This document shows positions 1 through 14,778 of a stretch of 64,000 nucleotides of DNA, piece after piece. Source of the stretch: Balanoglossus misakiensis (taxonomy: Eukaryota; Animalia; Hemichordata); contig CM082585.2 in the NCBI GenBank assembly GCA_040954595.2, forward strand, positions 2,262,902 to 2,326,901, in the 5' to 3' direction. Numbering within the stretch: the stretch's first letter is position 1; each line of letters starts with the position of its first letter. The notes under the pieces are model-generated. The model saw nothing but the letters and a program-made list of their open reading frames with translations. It was not told the origin of the DNA and ran no database searches. The translations under genes and the position numbers were made by a program.

Positions 1-2527
1 CCAGAGAGTGCCAATGCTGTATCTGCTATGTATATAGGAAAGCAGATCAAAGGTCACCAAGAGCTCACCCAAAATTGTCAACAAATGTTTCTTCCAAAAT
101 TATCAGTGTAAAATGAAAAACAAGACTTCTGGCTCTATTGGTTAACCTGGTAATTAGGTGTTCCAGCCCTCAAAATTTGAAGGCGTTATCTGCTGTGCAT
201 GCCAAGGCAGGGAAAATAGGTTTAAGGTAACCAAAGCTAACAAAAATGTCAGAAAAAAATGTGATCGCATACTGGTGAATGTTCAAGAAAACCCAGACTC
301 AAAGCTTCATTATCTAGTCTACAATTACGTAAGCACATATTTATAAGGTTATCATTGGTCAAGAAATTCAGCAAAAAAATTAAGTCCAATAGTAGAGCAT
401 GTTCATAAAAAATTCAACCTGTAACAATATGGGTAAGCTCAGCATTAGATATTCACATATTTAATAAGCTCAACATTGGTCCAGTGGATTCCAAATGTAA
501 CAAAAAAAGCTAAGTCCCATACTTGTCCATATACATCAAAAACCAAACCTCTAGTGCTATTAGTCTAGTCGCCATAAGATATTCAGAAAAGAATACAGGT
601 GCCAAACTTAGGACAAAGTTCAATGCCAATATTATCAAAAAATTTGGGTTATGTCCTGGCAGCAGTACTATTCGTGTGAAAAATAAATCATCACTGTTTT
701 GCTTTTCAACAAGAGGCATATCCACGAATAATTAAGTTCTGAAAAAAAAATGGATCAAAGTACATGCGAAAGTTGCCAAAAAATGCAACGTATTCTGGTC
801 ATATGGTGACTCGTATCTATAAAAAGAATTGGTGTGCAATCAAAGTTTTTAATCAGAATTCATAAAATCCAATTTGGCTTCAATAAACTTTAATTAAGTT
901 CTGAAAGATCTGGATCAAAAGACAAATGAAAGTTGCCTAAAAATTTGTATTATTAAGTGTTGGAAAAACTGGATTAAAGGACATGTGCAATATGCCAAAA
1001 ATGGTAACATATTCTGGTCATATAGTGAGTCATATACATATAAATAATGTTTGTGCTATCAATGAGTAGGCCATAAATAGGAAATCTTAGTTTTAAATCG
1101 TTGTTCAGAAAATCCAATTTGGCTCCAATAAGGTTTAACCAATCACAATTCACTTGAAAACTTGATTAGAAAAAGTGTTTTAATGATATTTTTCAAAAAT
1201 CTAATAAGGAATTCTAAGTCACATGACTACTAGCAATATTACAGTCAAACTTTGAACTGCACAGTATATTCGAACTTGATTGTCCCTGTAGTTTTGGAAA
1301 AGAACTGTCATCTTTTAAAGGTTATCAGAAAATCCAATATGGCCACCCTGAAGAAGACAATTAAAGGAACATGCAGCATTACAGGGACCAAAGCAGTTAG
1401 CATGGTTCCAACAGAAAGCAAACTCTGTATCTGTTGTGGATGCTTAGAAATGGTAGGTAAGCCAGAGGTCACGGAAATTTGTGGCAACAAATTTTGACAT
1501 CAAACTGATCAGTGTTCAACAAAAAAACAGACTTTTATTCTCAATTGGTTAACTAGAAAAAGCTTATGTACACAACTTTTGTGTTAAAGTTTAATACTTT
1601 ATTAGGTGTTTAAGGCCTAAAAATCTGAAGGCTGTATCTGTTGTGCAGGCCAGGTTATGGGAAAGTACATCAAAGGTCATTGCCAAAATTATCAAAATAT
1701 TTGGGTTATGTCCTGGCAGCAGTAGTACTCTTTGAACAAAATCATGACTGTTGAGCTTTTTATCAAGAGCCATATCCACATAAAATTAAGTTATGGAATT
1801 ACTGGATCAAAGGACATGCGAGAGTCACCAACAAATTGTTTAATCAAATACTGAAAAAAAACTGGATCAAAGAACATATGAAAGTTGTCAAAAAATGTAA
1901 CATATTCTAGTCATATGGTGACTCGTATCCACAGAAAGAATTTGTGTGCTTTCAATGAGTAGGATAAAAAAAGGAATTTTAGCTTTTAATCGGAGTTCAG
2001 AAAATCCAATTTGGCTCTGATAAGGTTAAACCAATCACAATTCACTTGAAAACTTGATTAGAAAAAGATTTTCGTAATTTTTGAATGAGATTTTTAAAAA
2101 ATCCAATAAGGCACCAAAAGTCACATGACCACTAATGATATTTTATCAAACTTTCAACCGCACAGTAAATTAGAACTTGATTGGCCCTGTAGTTTATGAA
2201 AATGTCAACCTTTAAAGCTTATTAGAAAATCCAATATGGCCGCCATGAAGAAGACAATTACAACTAAAAGTAGCATTGGAGGGACCAAGGTGTTAAGCAT
2301 GGTTCCAACAGAAAGCAGAGGCTGTGTCTGTTGTGGATGCCCAGAAATGGTAAAGTACGCCAGAGGTGAGGCAAAATGTGCCAACAAAATTTGATACCAA
2401 ACTGATCAGTGTCCAACAAAAAGCAGACTTCTACGCTTTATTGGTTAACTTTAAATAGCTCATATACATAATTAGTGTGTTAAAGTTAACACATGCACTT
2501 CATTAGGTGTTCCAGTCCTCTAAATTT

Positions 2528-4331
2528 ACAAGTGACCTATTGGTCAAATGAGCTCTGCTGACCTTAACAGTGTAACCTGGGCGATGATATGAATACCCTA
2601 GGTTTTAATTCATAACAATTGTATTCTATTGAACAAAACCAAACATAGACATCACAAGTATTTATCCAAATTCAGCTTGATTCATTGCACTAAAGAAAGA
2701 AAGAATTGAATTCTAAAGAACAACATCAAAAGGAAGTACCAATGTTCTAATTTGCATATTCATGACCCCATCAAAATTCCAATAAAACAAAATCAGGTAG
2801 GGGCACCATAACACACATTCTACCAAATTTCAACTCCATCGTACATGTATTTAGGGAGAAGATTTTTTTACCAAAAATTATATTTTTAGATCTAATTTGC
2901 ATATTTATGACCCCATCATATCCAAATTAGCAAAATCAGGTAGGGGCACCATAACACACATTCCTACTAAATTTCAGCGCCATCGTACATGTAGTTAGGG
3001 AGAAGAAGATTTTTGACCAACAATTCTATTTTTAGATCTAATTTGCATATTTATGACCCCATCATATCCAAATTAGCAAAATCAGGTAGGGGCACCATAA
3101 CACACATTCCTACTAAATTTCAGCGCCATCGTACATGTAGTTAGGGAGAAGAAGATTTTTGACCAAAAATTCTATTTTTAGATCTAATTTGCATATTTAT
3201 GACCCAATCAAATCCAAATTAACAAAATCAGGTAGGGACACTATAACACACATTCCTACTAAATTTCAGCTCCATCGTACAAATAGTTAGGGAGAAGAAG
3301 ATTTTTTACCAAAAATTATATTTTTAGATCTAATTTACATATTCATGACCCGATCATATCCAAATTTATAAAATCAAGTACGGGCATCATAACACACATT
3401 CCTACCATATTTCAGCTCCATCGTACATGTAGTTAGGGAGAAGAAAATTTTTGACCAAAAATTATATTTTTAGATCTAATTTGCATATTTATGACCCCAT
3501 CAAATCCAAATTTACAAAATCAGGTAGGGGCACCATAACACACATTCCTACCAAATTTCAGCTCCATTGTACATGTAGTTATGGAGAAGAAGATTTTTTA
3601 CCAAAATTCTATTTTTAGATCTAATTTGCATATTTATGACCCCATCAAATCCAAATTTACAAAATCAGGTAGGGGCACCATAACACACATTCCTGCCAAA
3701 TTTCAGGTCCATTGCACATGTAGTTGTGGAGAAGAAGATTTTTACCAAAAGTTCTATTTTTAGATCTAATTTGCATATTCATGACCCCATCAAATCCAAA
3801 TTAACAAAATCAGTTAAAGGCACCATAACACACATTCCAACCAAATTTCAGCTAAATATGCCCAGTTGTTTTAAAGAAGAAGATTGAAATACAAAAAGTT
3901 GACGGACGACAGACGACTGACGACAGACGACGGACGACGGACGGACACTTATCAACCTACTGCTACAGCTCGGCTGACACAAGTGACAGCAGAGCTAAAA
4001 ATCAGGTAGGGACACCATAACACACATTCCTACCAAATTTCAGCTCCATCGTACATGTAGTTAGGGAGAAGAAGATTTTTTTACCAAAAATTTTATTTTT
4101 AGATCTAATTTGCATATTCAAGACCCGATCAAATCCAAATTAACAAAATCAGGTAAGGGCACCATAACACACATTCTAACCAAATTTCAGCTAAATATGC
4201 CAAGTAGTTTTATAGAAGAAGATTGAAATACCAAAAGTTGACGGACGACGGATGACGGACGACAGACGACGGACAGACATTTATCAACCTACTGCTACAG
4301 CTCGGCTGACACAAGTGACAGCAGAGCTAAT
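2528..4331 (-). mobile_element. Non-autonomous Helentron-like element (HINE/DINE-1/pearl type) with 146-bp internal tandem core
   Basis: Interrupts the host unit ctctaaattt|aaaagctgtatc at an A/T run with no clear TSD. Subterminal IR agctctgctg (2551) / cagcagagct (4319). Hairpin tgacc-tatt-ggtca (~2533). (GACG/GACA) microsatellite. About eight 146-bp repeats (gacccc at 2764, 2909, 3055, 3201...). One end is duplicated (3900-3998 and 4240-4330). Confidence 0.8.
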
Positions 4332-5167
4332 AAAAGCTGTATCTGCTGTGCATGCCAAGTTTTGGAAATGTAGATCAAGGGTCATTGCCAAAATTATCAA
4401 AATATTTGGGTTATGTCCTGCCAGAGTAGTACTCATGTGAACAAAATCATGACTGTTGTGCTTTTTAACAAGAGACATATCAATGTACAATTAAGTTCTG
4501 AAAGATCTTGATCAAAGGGAAAATGAAAGTTGCAAAAAATTGTATAATTAAGTGTTAAAAAAAGGATCAATGGACATGTGAAAGTTGACAAAAAATTTTA
4601 ACATTCTGGTCTTATGTTGACTCTATCCATAAAAAGGCTTGGTGTGCTATCATTCAGTAGCCTACAAATAGGAAATTTTAGTTTTTAATCGGAGTTCAGA
4701 AAATCCAATTAGGCTTCAATAAGGTTTAACCAATCACATTTTACGCGAAAGCGTGATTAAAAAAAGATTTTGGAAATTTTTCATGGGATTTTTCAAAAAT
4801 CCATAATAAATCCAAATTCACATGAACACTAACAATATTATTTTAAAAAATTGGAACGTACAGTAAATTAGAACTTGATTGGCCTTGTAATTTTTGAAAA
4901 AAAATGTCAACTTTTAAAGGTTATCAGAAAATCCAATATGGCCACCATGAAGAAGACAATTAAAAGAACATGCAGCATCACAGGGGCCAAAGCAGTTAGC
5001 ATGGTTCCAACAGAAAGCAAACTCTGTATCTGTTATGGATTCTTAGAATGGTAGGTAAGCCAGAGGTCACGGAAATTTGTGCCAACAAATTTTGATATCA
5101 AACTGATAAGTGTCCAACAAGAACCAAACTTCTAAGCTCAATTGGTTAACTTTAAATAGGATTTAAG

Positions 5168-5500
5168 TAGATCATGGCCAAAATTATCAAAATATTTGGG
5201 TTATGTCCAGGCAGCAATAGTACTCATGTGTACAAAATCATGACTGTTGTGCTTTTTAACAAGAGACATATCCAAGTAGATCAAGGGTCATGGCCAAAAT
5301 TATCAAAATATTTGGGTTATGTCCTGGCAGCAATAAAACTCATGTGAACAAAATCATGACTGTTGTGCTTTTTAACAAGAGACATATCCAAGTAGATCAA
5401 TGGTCATTGCCAAAATTATCAAAATATTTGGGTTATGTCCTGGCAGCAGTAGTACTCTATGAACAAAATCATGACTGTTGAGCTTTTTATCAAGAGCCAT
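5168..5500. repeat. 116-bp tandem repeat, ~3 copies
   Basis: attatcaaaatatttgggttatgtcc at ~5182, 5298, 5414. Confidence 0.9.
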
Positions 5501-7189
5501 ATCCACATAAAATTAAGTTATGGAATTACTGGGTCAAAGGACATGCGAGAGTTGCCAACAAATTGTTTAATCAAGTTTTGAAAAATCTGGATCAAAGGAC
5601 ATGTGAAAGTTGCCAAAAAATGTAACGTATTCTAGTCATATGGCGACTCGTATCCATAAAATTAATTTGTGTGCTTTCAATGAGTAGGCTAGAAATAGGA
5701 AATCTTAGTTTTTAATCAGTGTTCAGAAAAATCCAATTTGGCTCCAATAAGGTGACACCAATCACAATTCACTTGAAAACTTGATTAGAAAAAGATGTTC
5801 TGTAATTTTTTAATGAGATTTTTAAACAATCCAATTAGGCACCCAAAGTCACATGACCACTAATGATATTTTTGTCAAACTTTCAACCCTACAGTAAACT
5901 AGAATTTGATTTGCCCTGTAGTTTATGAAAATGTCAACTTTTAAAGGTTATTAGAAAATCCAATATGGCCACCATGAAGAAGACAATTAGAGCTACAAGC
6001 AGCATTGGAGTGGCCAAAGCGGTTAGCATGGTTCCAACAGAAAGCAAAGGCTGTATCTGTTGTGGATGCCTAGAAATGGTAAAGTATGCCAGAGGTGATG
6101 CAAAATGTGCCAACAAAATTTGATACCAAACTGATCAATGTCCAACAAAAAGCAGACTTCTACGCTTTATTAGTTAACTTTAAATAGCTTATATACATAA
6201 TTATTGTGTTAAAGTTAATACATGTACTTCATTAGGTGTTCCAAGCCTCTAAATTTAAAAGCTGTATCTGCTGTACATGCCAAGTTATGGGAATGTAGAT
6301 CAAAAGTTACTGCCAAAATTATCAAAATATTTGGGTTATGTCCTGGCAGCAGTAGTACTCATGTGAACAAAATCACGACTGTTGTGCTTTTTAACAAGAG
6401 GCATATCAACGTAGAATTAAGTTCTGAAAGATCTGGATCAAAAGACGAATGAAAGTTGCAAAAAAATAGTATAATTAAGTGTTGAAAAAATGGATGAAAG
6501 GACATGTGAAAGTTGATAAAAATTGTTTAACATATTCTGGACTTATGGTGACTCGTATCCATAAAAAGGATTGGTGTGCTATCATTCAGTAGCCTTGAAA
6601 TAGGAAATTTTAGTTTTTAATCGGAGTTCAGACAATCCAATTTGACTTCAATAAGGTTTAACCAATCACAATTCACTTGAAAGCTTGATTAAAAAAGATT
6701 TTGGAAATTTTTCATGAGTTTTTGAAAAAATCCATAATGAATCCAAATTCACATGACCACTATTAATATAATTGAAAAAAAAATGGAACGGCCAGTAAAT
6801 TAGAACTTGATTGGCCCTGCAGTTTAGAAAAAAATGTCCACTTTTAGAGATTATCAGAAAATCCAATATGGCCGCCATGAAGAAGACCCAACTATAAGCA
6901 GCATTGGAGTGACCAAAGTGGTTAGCATGGTTCCAACAGAAAGCAAAGGCTGTATCTGTTATGGATGCTGAGAAATGGTAAGTAAGCCAGAGGTCAGGCA
7001 AATTTGTGCCAACAAATTTTGACATCAAACTGATAAGTGTCCAACAAGAACCAAACTTCTAAGCTCAATTGGTTAACTTTAAATAGGATAAGTACATAAT
7101 GATTGTGTTAAAAATTAATACTTCATTAGGTGTTCCAGTCCTCTAAATTTGAAAGCCGTATCTGCTGTGCATGGCAAGTTATGGGAAAG

Positions 7190-9030
7190 AAGATCATGGC
7201 CAAAATTATCAAAATATTTGGGTTATGTCCTGGCAGCAATAGTACTCATGTGTACAAAATCATGACTGTTGTGCTTTTTAACAAGAGACATATCCAAGTA
7301 GATCAAGGGTCATGGCCAAAATTATCAAAATATTTGGGTTATGTCCTGGCAACAATAAAACTCATGTGAACAAAATCATGACTGTTGTGCTTTTTAACAA
7401 GAGACATATCCAAGTAGATCAAGGGTCATGGCCGAAATAATCAAAATATTTGGGTTATGTCCTGGCAGCAATAAAATTCATATGAACAAAATCATGACTG
7501 TTGTGCTTTTTAACAAGAGACATATCCAAGTAGATCAAGGGTCATTGCCAAAATTATCCAAATATTTGGGTTATGTCCTGGCAGCAATAAAACTCATGTG
7601 AACAAAATCATGACTATTGTGCTTTTTAACAAGAGACATATCCAAGTAGATCAAGGGTCATTGCCAAAATGATCAAAATATATGGGTTATGTCCTGGCAG
7701 CAATAAAACTCATGTGAACAAAATCATGACTGTTGTGCTTTTTAACAAGAGACATATCCAAGTAGATCAAGGGTCATTGCCAAAATTATCAAAATATTTG
7801 GGTTATGTCCTGGCAGCAATAAAACTCATGTGAACAAAATCATGACTGTTGTGCTTTTTAACAAGAGACATATCCAAGTAGATCAAGGGTCATTGCCAAA
7901 ATTATCAAAATATTTGGGTTATGTCCAGGCACCAATAGTACTCATGTGAACAAAATCATGACTGTTGTGCTTTTTAACAAGAGACATATCCAAGTAGATC
8001 AAGGGTCATTGCCAAAATTATCAAAATATTTGGGTTATGTCCAGGCAGCAATAGTACTCATGTGAACAAAATCATGACTGTTGTGCTTTTTAACAAGAGG
8101 CATATCCAAGTAGATCAAGGGTCATTGCCAAAATTATCAAAATATTTGGGTTATGTCCAGGCAGCAATAGTACTCATGTGAACAAAATCATGACTGTTGT
8201 GCTTTTTAACAAGAGACATATCCAAGTAGATCAAGGGTCATTACCAAGATTATCAAAATATTTGGATTATGTCCTGGCAGCAATAAAACTCATGTGAACA
8301 AAATCATGACTGTTGTGCCTTTTAACAAGAGACATATCCAAGTAGATCAAGGGTCATTGCCAAAATTATCAAAATATTTTGGTAATGTCCTGGCAGCAAT
8401 AAAACTCATGTGAACAAAATCATGACTGTTGTGCTTTTTAACAAGAGACATATCCAAGTAGATCAAGGGTCATTGCCAAGATTATCAAAATATTTGGGTT
8501 ATGTCCTGGCAGCAATAAAACTCATGTGAACAAAATCATGACTGTTGTGCTTTTTAACAAGAGACATATCCAAGTAGATCAAGGGTCATTGCCAAAGTTA
8601 TCAAAATATTTGGGTTATGTCCTGGCAGCGACAAAACTCATGTGAACAAAATCATGACTGTTGTGCTTTTTAACAAGAGACATATCCAAGTAGATCAAGG
8701 GTCATGGCCAAAATTATCAAAATATTTGGGTTATGTCCTGGCAACAATAAAACTCATGTGAACAAAATCATGACTGTTGTGCTTTTTAACAAGAGACATA
8801 TCCAAGGGATCAAGGGTCATTACCAAGATTATCAAAATATTTGGGTTATGTCCTGGCAGCAATAAAACTCATGTGAACAAAATCATGACTGTTGTGCTTT
8901 TTAACAAGAGACATATCCAAGTAGATCAAGGGTCATTGCCAAAATTATCAAAATATTTGGGTTATGTCCTGGCAGCAGTAGTACTCTTTGAACAAAATCA
9001 TGACTGTTGAGCTTTTTATCAAGAGCCATA
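7190..9030. repeat. 116-bp tandem repeat, ~16 copies
   Basis: attatc at 7205, 7321, 7437, 7553... (period 116). The monomer is a sub-segment of the 0.9-kb unit. Confidence 0.95.
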
Positions 9031-9562
9031 TCCACATAAAATTAAGTTATGGAATTACTGGATCAAAGGACATGCGAGAGTCGCCAACAAATTGTTTAAT
9101 CAAATACTGAAAAAAAACTGGATCAAAGAACATATGAAAGTTGTCAAAAAATGTAACATATTCTAGTCATATGGTGACTCGTATCCACAGAAAGAATTTG
9201 TGTGCTTTCAATGAGTAGGATAAAAAAAAGGAATTTTAGCTTTTAATCGGAGTTCAGAAAATCCAATTTGGCTCTGATAAGGTTAAACCAATCACAATTC
9301 ACTTGAAAACTTGATTAGAAAAAGATTTTCGTAATTTTTGAATGAGATTTTTAAAAAATCCAATAAGGCACCAAAAGTCACATGACCACTAATGATATTT
9401 TATCAAACTTTCAACCGCACAGTAAATTAGAACTTGATTGGCCCTGTAGTTTATGAAAATGTCAACCTTTAAAGCTTATTAGAAAATCCAATATGGCCGC
9501 CATGAAGAAGACAATTACAACTAAAAGTAGCATTGGAGGGACCAAGGTTCCAACAGAAAGCA

Positions 9563-9920
9563 GACCCCATCAAAATTCCAATTAACAAAATCAGGTAGGG
9601 GCACCATACCACACATTCCTACCAATTTTCAGCTCCATCGTACATGTAGTTAGGGAGAAGAAGATTTTTTTACCAAAAATTTTATTTTTAGATCTAATTT
9701 GCATATTCATGACCCGATCAAATCCAAATTAACAAAATCAGGTAAGGGCACCATAACACACATTCCAACCAAATTTCAGCTAAATATGCCAAGTAGTTTT
9801 ATAGAAGAAGATTGAAATACCAAAAGTTGACGGACGACGGATGACGGACGACAGACGACGGACAGACATTTATCAACCTACTGCTACAGCTCGGCTGACA
9901 CAAGTGACAGCAGAGCTAAT
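9563..9920 (-). mobile_element. Deleted second copy of the 2528-4331 HINE within the duplicated higher-order block
   Basis: Same end (cagcagagctaataaaagctg) and microsatellite. Junction cagaaagca|gaccccatc removes host sequence plus one element end. Confidence 0.85.
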
Positions 9921-10851
9921 AAAAGCTGTATCTGCTGTGCATGCCAAGTTTTGGAAATGTAGATCAAGGGTCATTGCCAAAATTATCAAAATATTTGGGT
10001 TATGTCCTGCCAGAGTAGTACTCATGTGAACAAAATCGTGACTGTTGTGCTTTTTAACAAGAGACATATCAATGTACAATTAAGTTCTGAAAGATCTTGA
10101 TCAAAGGGAAAATGAAAGTTGCAAAAAATTGTATAATTAAGTGTTAAAAAAAGGATCAATGGACATGTGAAAGTTGACAAATTTTTTTAACATTCTTGTC
10201 TTATGTTGACTCTATCCATAAAAAGGCTTGGTGTGCTATCATTCAGTAGCCTACAAATAGGAAATTTTAGTTTTTAATCGGAGTTCAGAAAATCCAATTA
10301 GGCTTCAATAAGGTTTAACCAATCACAATTTACGCGAAAGCTTGATTAAAAAAAGATTTTGGAAATTTTTCATGGTATTTTTCAAAAATCCATAATAAAT
10401 CCAAATTCACATGAACACTAACAATATTATTTTAAAAAATTGGAACGTACAGTAAATTAGAACTTGATTGGCCTTGTAATTTTTGAAAAAAAATGTCAAC
10501 TTTTAAAGGTTATCAGAAAATCCAATATGGCCACCATGAAGAAGACAATTAAAAGAACATGCAGCATCACAGGGGCCAAAGCAGTTAGCATGGTTCCAAC
10601 AGAAAGCAAACTCTGTATCTGTTGTGGATTCATAGAATGGTAGGTAAGCCAGAGGTCACGCAAATTTGTGCCAACAAATTTTGATATCAAACTGATAAGT
10701 GTCCAACAAGAACCAAACTTCTAAGCTCAATTGGTTAACTTTAAATAGGATAAGTACATAATGATTGTGTTAAAGATTAATACTTCATTAGGTGTTCCAG
10801 TCCTCTATATTTGAAAGCCATATCTGCTGTGCATGTCAAATTATGGGAAAG

Positions 10852-11420
10852 TAGATCATGGCCAAAATTATCAAAATATTTGGGTTATGTCCAGGCAGCA
10901 ATAGTACTCATGTGTACAAAATCATGACTGTTGTGCTTTTTAACAAGAGACATATGCAAGTAGATCAAGGGTCATGGCCAAAATTATCAAAATATTTGGG
11001 TTATGTCCTGGCAGCAATAAAACTCATGTGAACAAAATCATGACTGTTGTGCTTTTTAACAAGAGACATATCCAAGTAGATCAAGGGTCATGGCCAAAAT
11101 TATCAAAATATTTGGGTTATGTCCTGGCAGCAATAAAACTCATGTGAACAAAATCATGACTGTTGTGCTTTTTAACAAGAGACATATCCAAGTAGATCAA
11201 GGGTCATTGCCAAAATTATCAAAATATTTGGGTTATGTCCTGGCAGCAATAAAACTCATGTGAACAAAATCATGACTGTTGTGCTTTTTAACAAGAGACA
11301 TATCCAAGTAGATCAAGGGTCATTGCCAAAATTATCAAAATATTTGGGTTATGTCCTGGCAGCAGTAGTACTCTTTGAACAAAATCATGACTGTTTAGCT
11401 TTTTATCAAGAGCCATATCC
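10852..11420. repeat. 116-bp tandem repeat, ~5 copies
   Basis: Same monomer, period 116. Confidence 0.9.
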
Positions 11421-13103
11421 ACATAAAATTTAGTTATGGAATTACTGGGTCAAAGGACATGCGAGAGTTGCCAACAAATTGTTTAATCAAGTTTTGAAAA
11501 ATCTGGATCAAAGGACATGTGAAAGTTGCTAAAAAATGTAACGTATTCTAGTCATATGGCGACTCGTATCCATAAAATTAATTTGTGTGCTTTCAATGAG
11601 TAGGCTAGAAATAGAAAATCTTAGTTTTTAATCAGTGTTTAGAAAAATCCAATTTGGCTCCAATAAGGTGACACCAATCACAATTCACTTGAAAACTTGA
11701 TTAGAAAAAGATGTTCTGTAATTTTTTAATGAGATTTTTAAACAATCCAATTAGGCACCCAAAGTCACTTGACCACTAATGATATTTTTGTCAAACTTTC
11801 AACCCTACAGTAAACTAGAATTTGATTGGCCCTGTAGTTTATGAAAATGTCAACTTTTAAAGGTTATTAGAAATTCCAATATGGCCACCATGAAGAAGAC
11901 AATTAGAGCTACAAGCAGCATTGGAGTGGCCAAAGCGGTTAGCATGGTTCCAACAGAAAGCAAATGCTGCATCTGTTGTGGATGCCTAGAAATGGTAAAG
12001 TATGCCAGAGGTGATGCAAAATGTGCCAACAAAATTTGATACCAAACTGATCAGTGTCCAACAAAAAGCAGACTTCTACGCTTTATTGGTTAACTTTAAA
12101 TAGCTTATATACATAATTATTGTGTTAAAGTTAATACATGTACTTTATTAGGTGTTCCAGTCCTCTAAATTTAAAAGCTGTATCTGCTGTGCATGCCAAG
12201 TTATGGGAATGTAGATCAAAAGTTACTGCCAAAATTATCAAAATATTTGGGTTATGTCCGGGCAGCAGTAGTACTCATGTGAACAAAATCACGACTCTTG
12301 TGCTTTTTAACAAGAGGCATATCAACGTAGAATTAAGTTCTGAAAGATCTGGATCAAAAGACGAATGACAGTTGCAAAAAAATTGTATAATTAAGTGTTG
12401 AAAAAATGGATGAAAGGACATGTGAAAGTTGATAAAAATTGTTTAACATATTCTGGTCTTATGGTGACTCGTATCCATAAAAAGGATTGGTGTGCTATCA
12501 TTCAGTAGCCTTGAAATAGGAAATTTTAGTTTTTAATCGGAGTTCAGACAATCCAATTTGGCTTCAATAAGGTTTAACCAATCACAATTCACTTGAAAGC
12601 TTGATTAAAAAAGATTTTGGAAATCTTCATGAGTTTTTGAAAAAATCCATAATAAATCCAAATTCACATGACCACTATTAATATAATTGAAATAAAATTG
12701 GAACGGCCAGTAAATTAGAACTTGATTGGCCCTGCAGTTTAGAAAAAAATGTACACTTTTAGAGATTATCAGAAAATCCAATATGGCCGCCATGAAGAAG
12801 ACCCAACTATAAGCAGCATTGGAGTGACCAAAGTGGTTAGCATGGTTCCAACAGAAAGCAAAGGCTGTATCTGTTATGGATGCTGAGAAATGGTAAGTAA
12901 GCCAGAGGTCACGCAAATTTGTGCCAACAAATTTTGACATCAAACTGATAAGTGTCCAACAAGAACCAAACTTCTAAGCTCAATTGGTTAACTTTAAATA
13001 GGATAAGTACATAACGATTGTGTTAAAGATTAATACTTCATTAGGTGTTCCAGTCCTCTAAATTTGAAAGCCGTATCTGCTGTGCATGGCAAGTTATGGG
13101 AAA

Positions 13104-14032
13104 GTAGATCATGGCCAAAATTATCAAAATATTTGGGTTATGTCCAGGCAGCAATAGTACTCATGTGTACAATATCATGACTGTTGTGCTTTTTAACAAG
13201 AGACATATCCAAGTAGATCAAGGGTCATGGCCAAAATTATCAAAATATTTGGGTTATGTCCTGGCAGCAATATAACTCATGTGAACAAAATCATGACTGT
13301 TGTGCTTTTTAACAAGAGACCTATCCAAGTAGATCAAGGGTCATTGCCAAAATTATCAAAATATTTTGGTTATGTCCTGGCAGCAATAAAACTCATATGA
13401 ACACAATAATGACTGTTGTGCTTTTTAACAAGAGACATATCCAAGTAGATCAAGGCTCATTGCCAAAATTATCAAAATATTTGGGTTATGTCCTGGCAGC
13501 AATAAAACTCATGTGAACACAATCATGACTGTTGTGCTTTTTAACAAGAGGCATATCCAAGTAGATCAAGGATCATTGCCAACATTATCAAAATATGTAG
13601 GTTATGTCCAGGCAGCAATAAAACTCATGTGAACACAATTATGACTGTTGTGTTTTTTAACAAGAGACATATCCAAGTAGATCAAGGGTCATTGCCAAAA
13701 TTATCAAAATATTTTGGTTATGTCCTGGCAGCAATAAAACTCATGTGAACAAAATCATGACTGTTGTGCTTTTTAACAAGAGACATATCCAAGTAGATCA
13801 AGGGTCATCGCCAAAATTATCAAAATATTTGGGTTATGTCCTGGCAGCAATAAAACTCATGTGAACACAATTATGACTGTTGTGCTTTTTAACAAGACTA
13901 GAGACATATCCAAGTAGAACAAGGGTCATTGCCAAAATTATCAAAATATTTGGGTTATGTCCTGGCAGCAATAAAACTCATGTGAACACAATCATGACTG
14001 TTGTGCTTTTTAACAAGAGACATATCCAAGTA
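13104..14032. repeat. 116-bp tandem repeat, ~8 copies
   Basis: Same monomer with local variant gtgaacacaa. Confidence 0.9.
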
Positions 14033-14778
14033 CAATTCAGTTCTAACAAATCTGAATCAAAGGACATGTGAAATTTGCCAAAAAATGTAACGTATTCTAT
14101 ACATATGGTGACTCGTATCAATAAAATGAATGTGTGCTTTAAATGAGTAGGCTAGAAATAGGAAATCTTTGTCTTTAATTAGAGTTCAGAAAGTCCAATT
14201 TGGCTCCAATAAGGTTTAACTAATCACAATACACTTGAAAACTTGATTAGAAAAAGATTTTGGAAATGTTAAATGAGATTTTTCAACAATCCATAATGAA
14301 TCCAAAGTCGCATGACCACTAACAATATTATTGAAAAAAATTGGAAGGGACAGTAAATTAGAACTTGATTGGCCATGTAGTTTTGAAAAAATGTCAACTT
14401 TAAGAGGTTATCAGAAAATCCAATATGGCCAACATGAAGAAGACAATTAAAGGAACATGCAACATTACAGGGGCCAAAGCAGTTAGCATGGTTCCAACAG
14501 AAAGCAAACTCTGTATCTGTTGTGGATGGCTAGAAATGGTAAGCCAGAGGTCACTATGTCTATGTATAATTAACTTCTTAAAACATAGCGTATAGGAAAC
14601 TGTTGTGCCATTTGGGGATTACACAGATTTTAGGTATTCACCAGAATTAAATCGCGGGCGACATTGGCAAGCATATATGGCAAAAATATTCAAATACTAT
14701 GGAAACATAAAAAAATTCACCATGCTCAATCAAGTGTTATGTGTCACTGCAATCTTACAAGCAGCACTAAAAAAAACA

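Larger units (their letters stand above)
1..14555. repeat. ~0.9-kb-unit macrosatellite with higher-order structure
   Basis: Landmarks recur about every 900 bp (aggtgtt.. at ~1606, 2506, 6235, 7129; gcatggttccaacagaaagc; aatccaatatggcc). Block ~1680-7300 is repeated at ~8940-13250 with the same unit variants in the same order. Confidence 0.93.

Noticed and set aside
158-14071. Repeated short ORFs (e.g. KIIKIFGLCPG) as a peptide gene family
   Set aside because: Frames and stops are inconsistent between copies, and the sequence is TE-derived tandem repeat.
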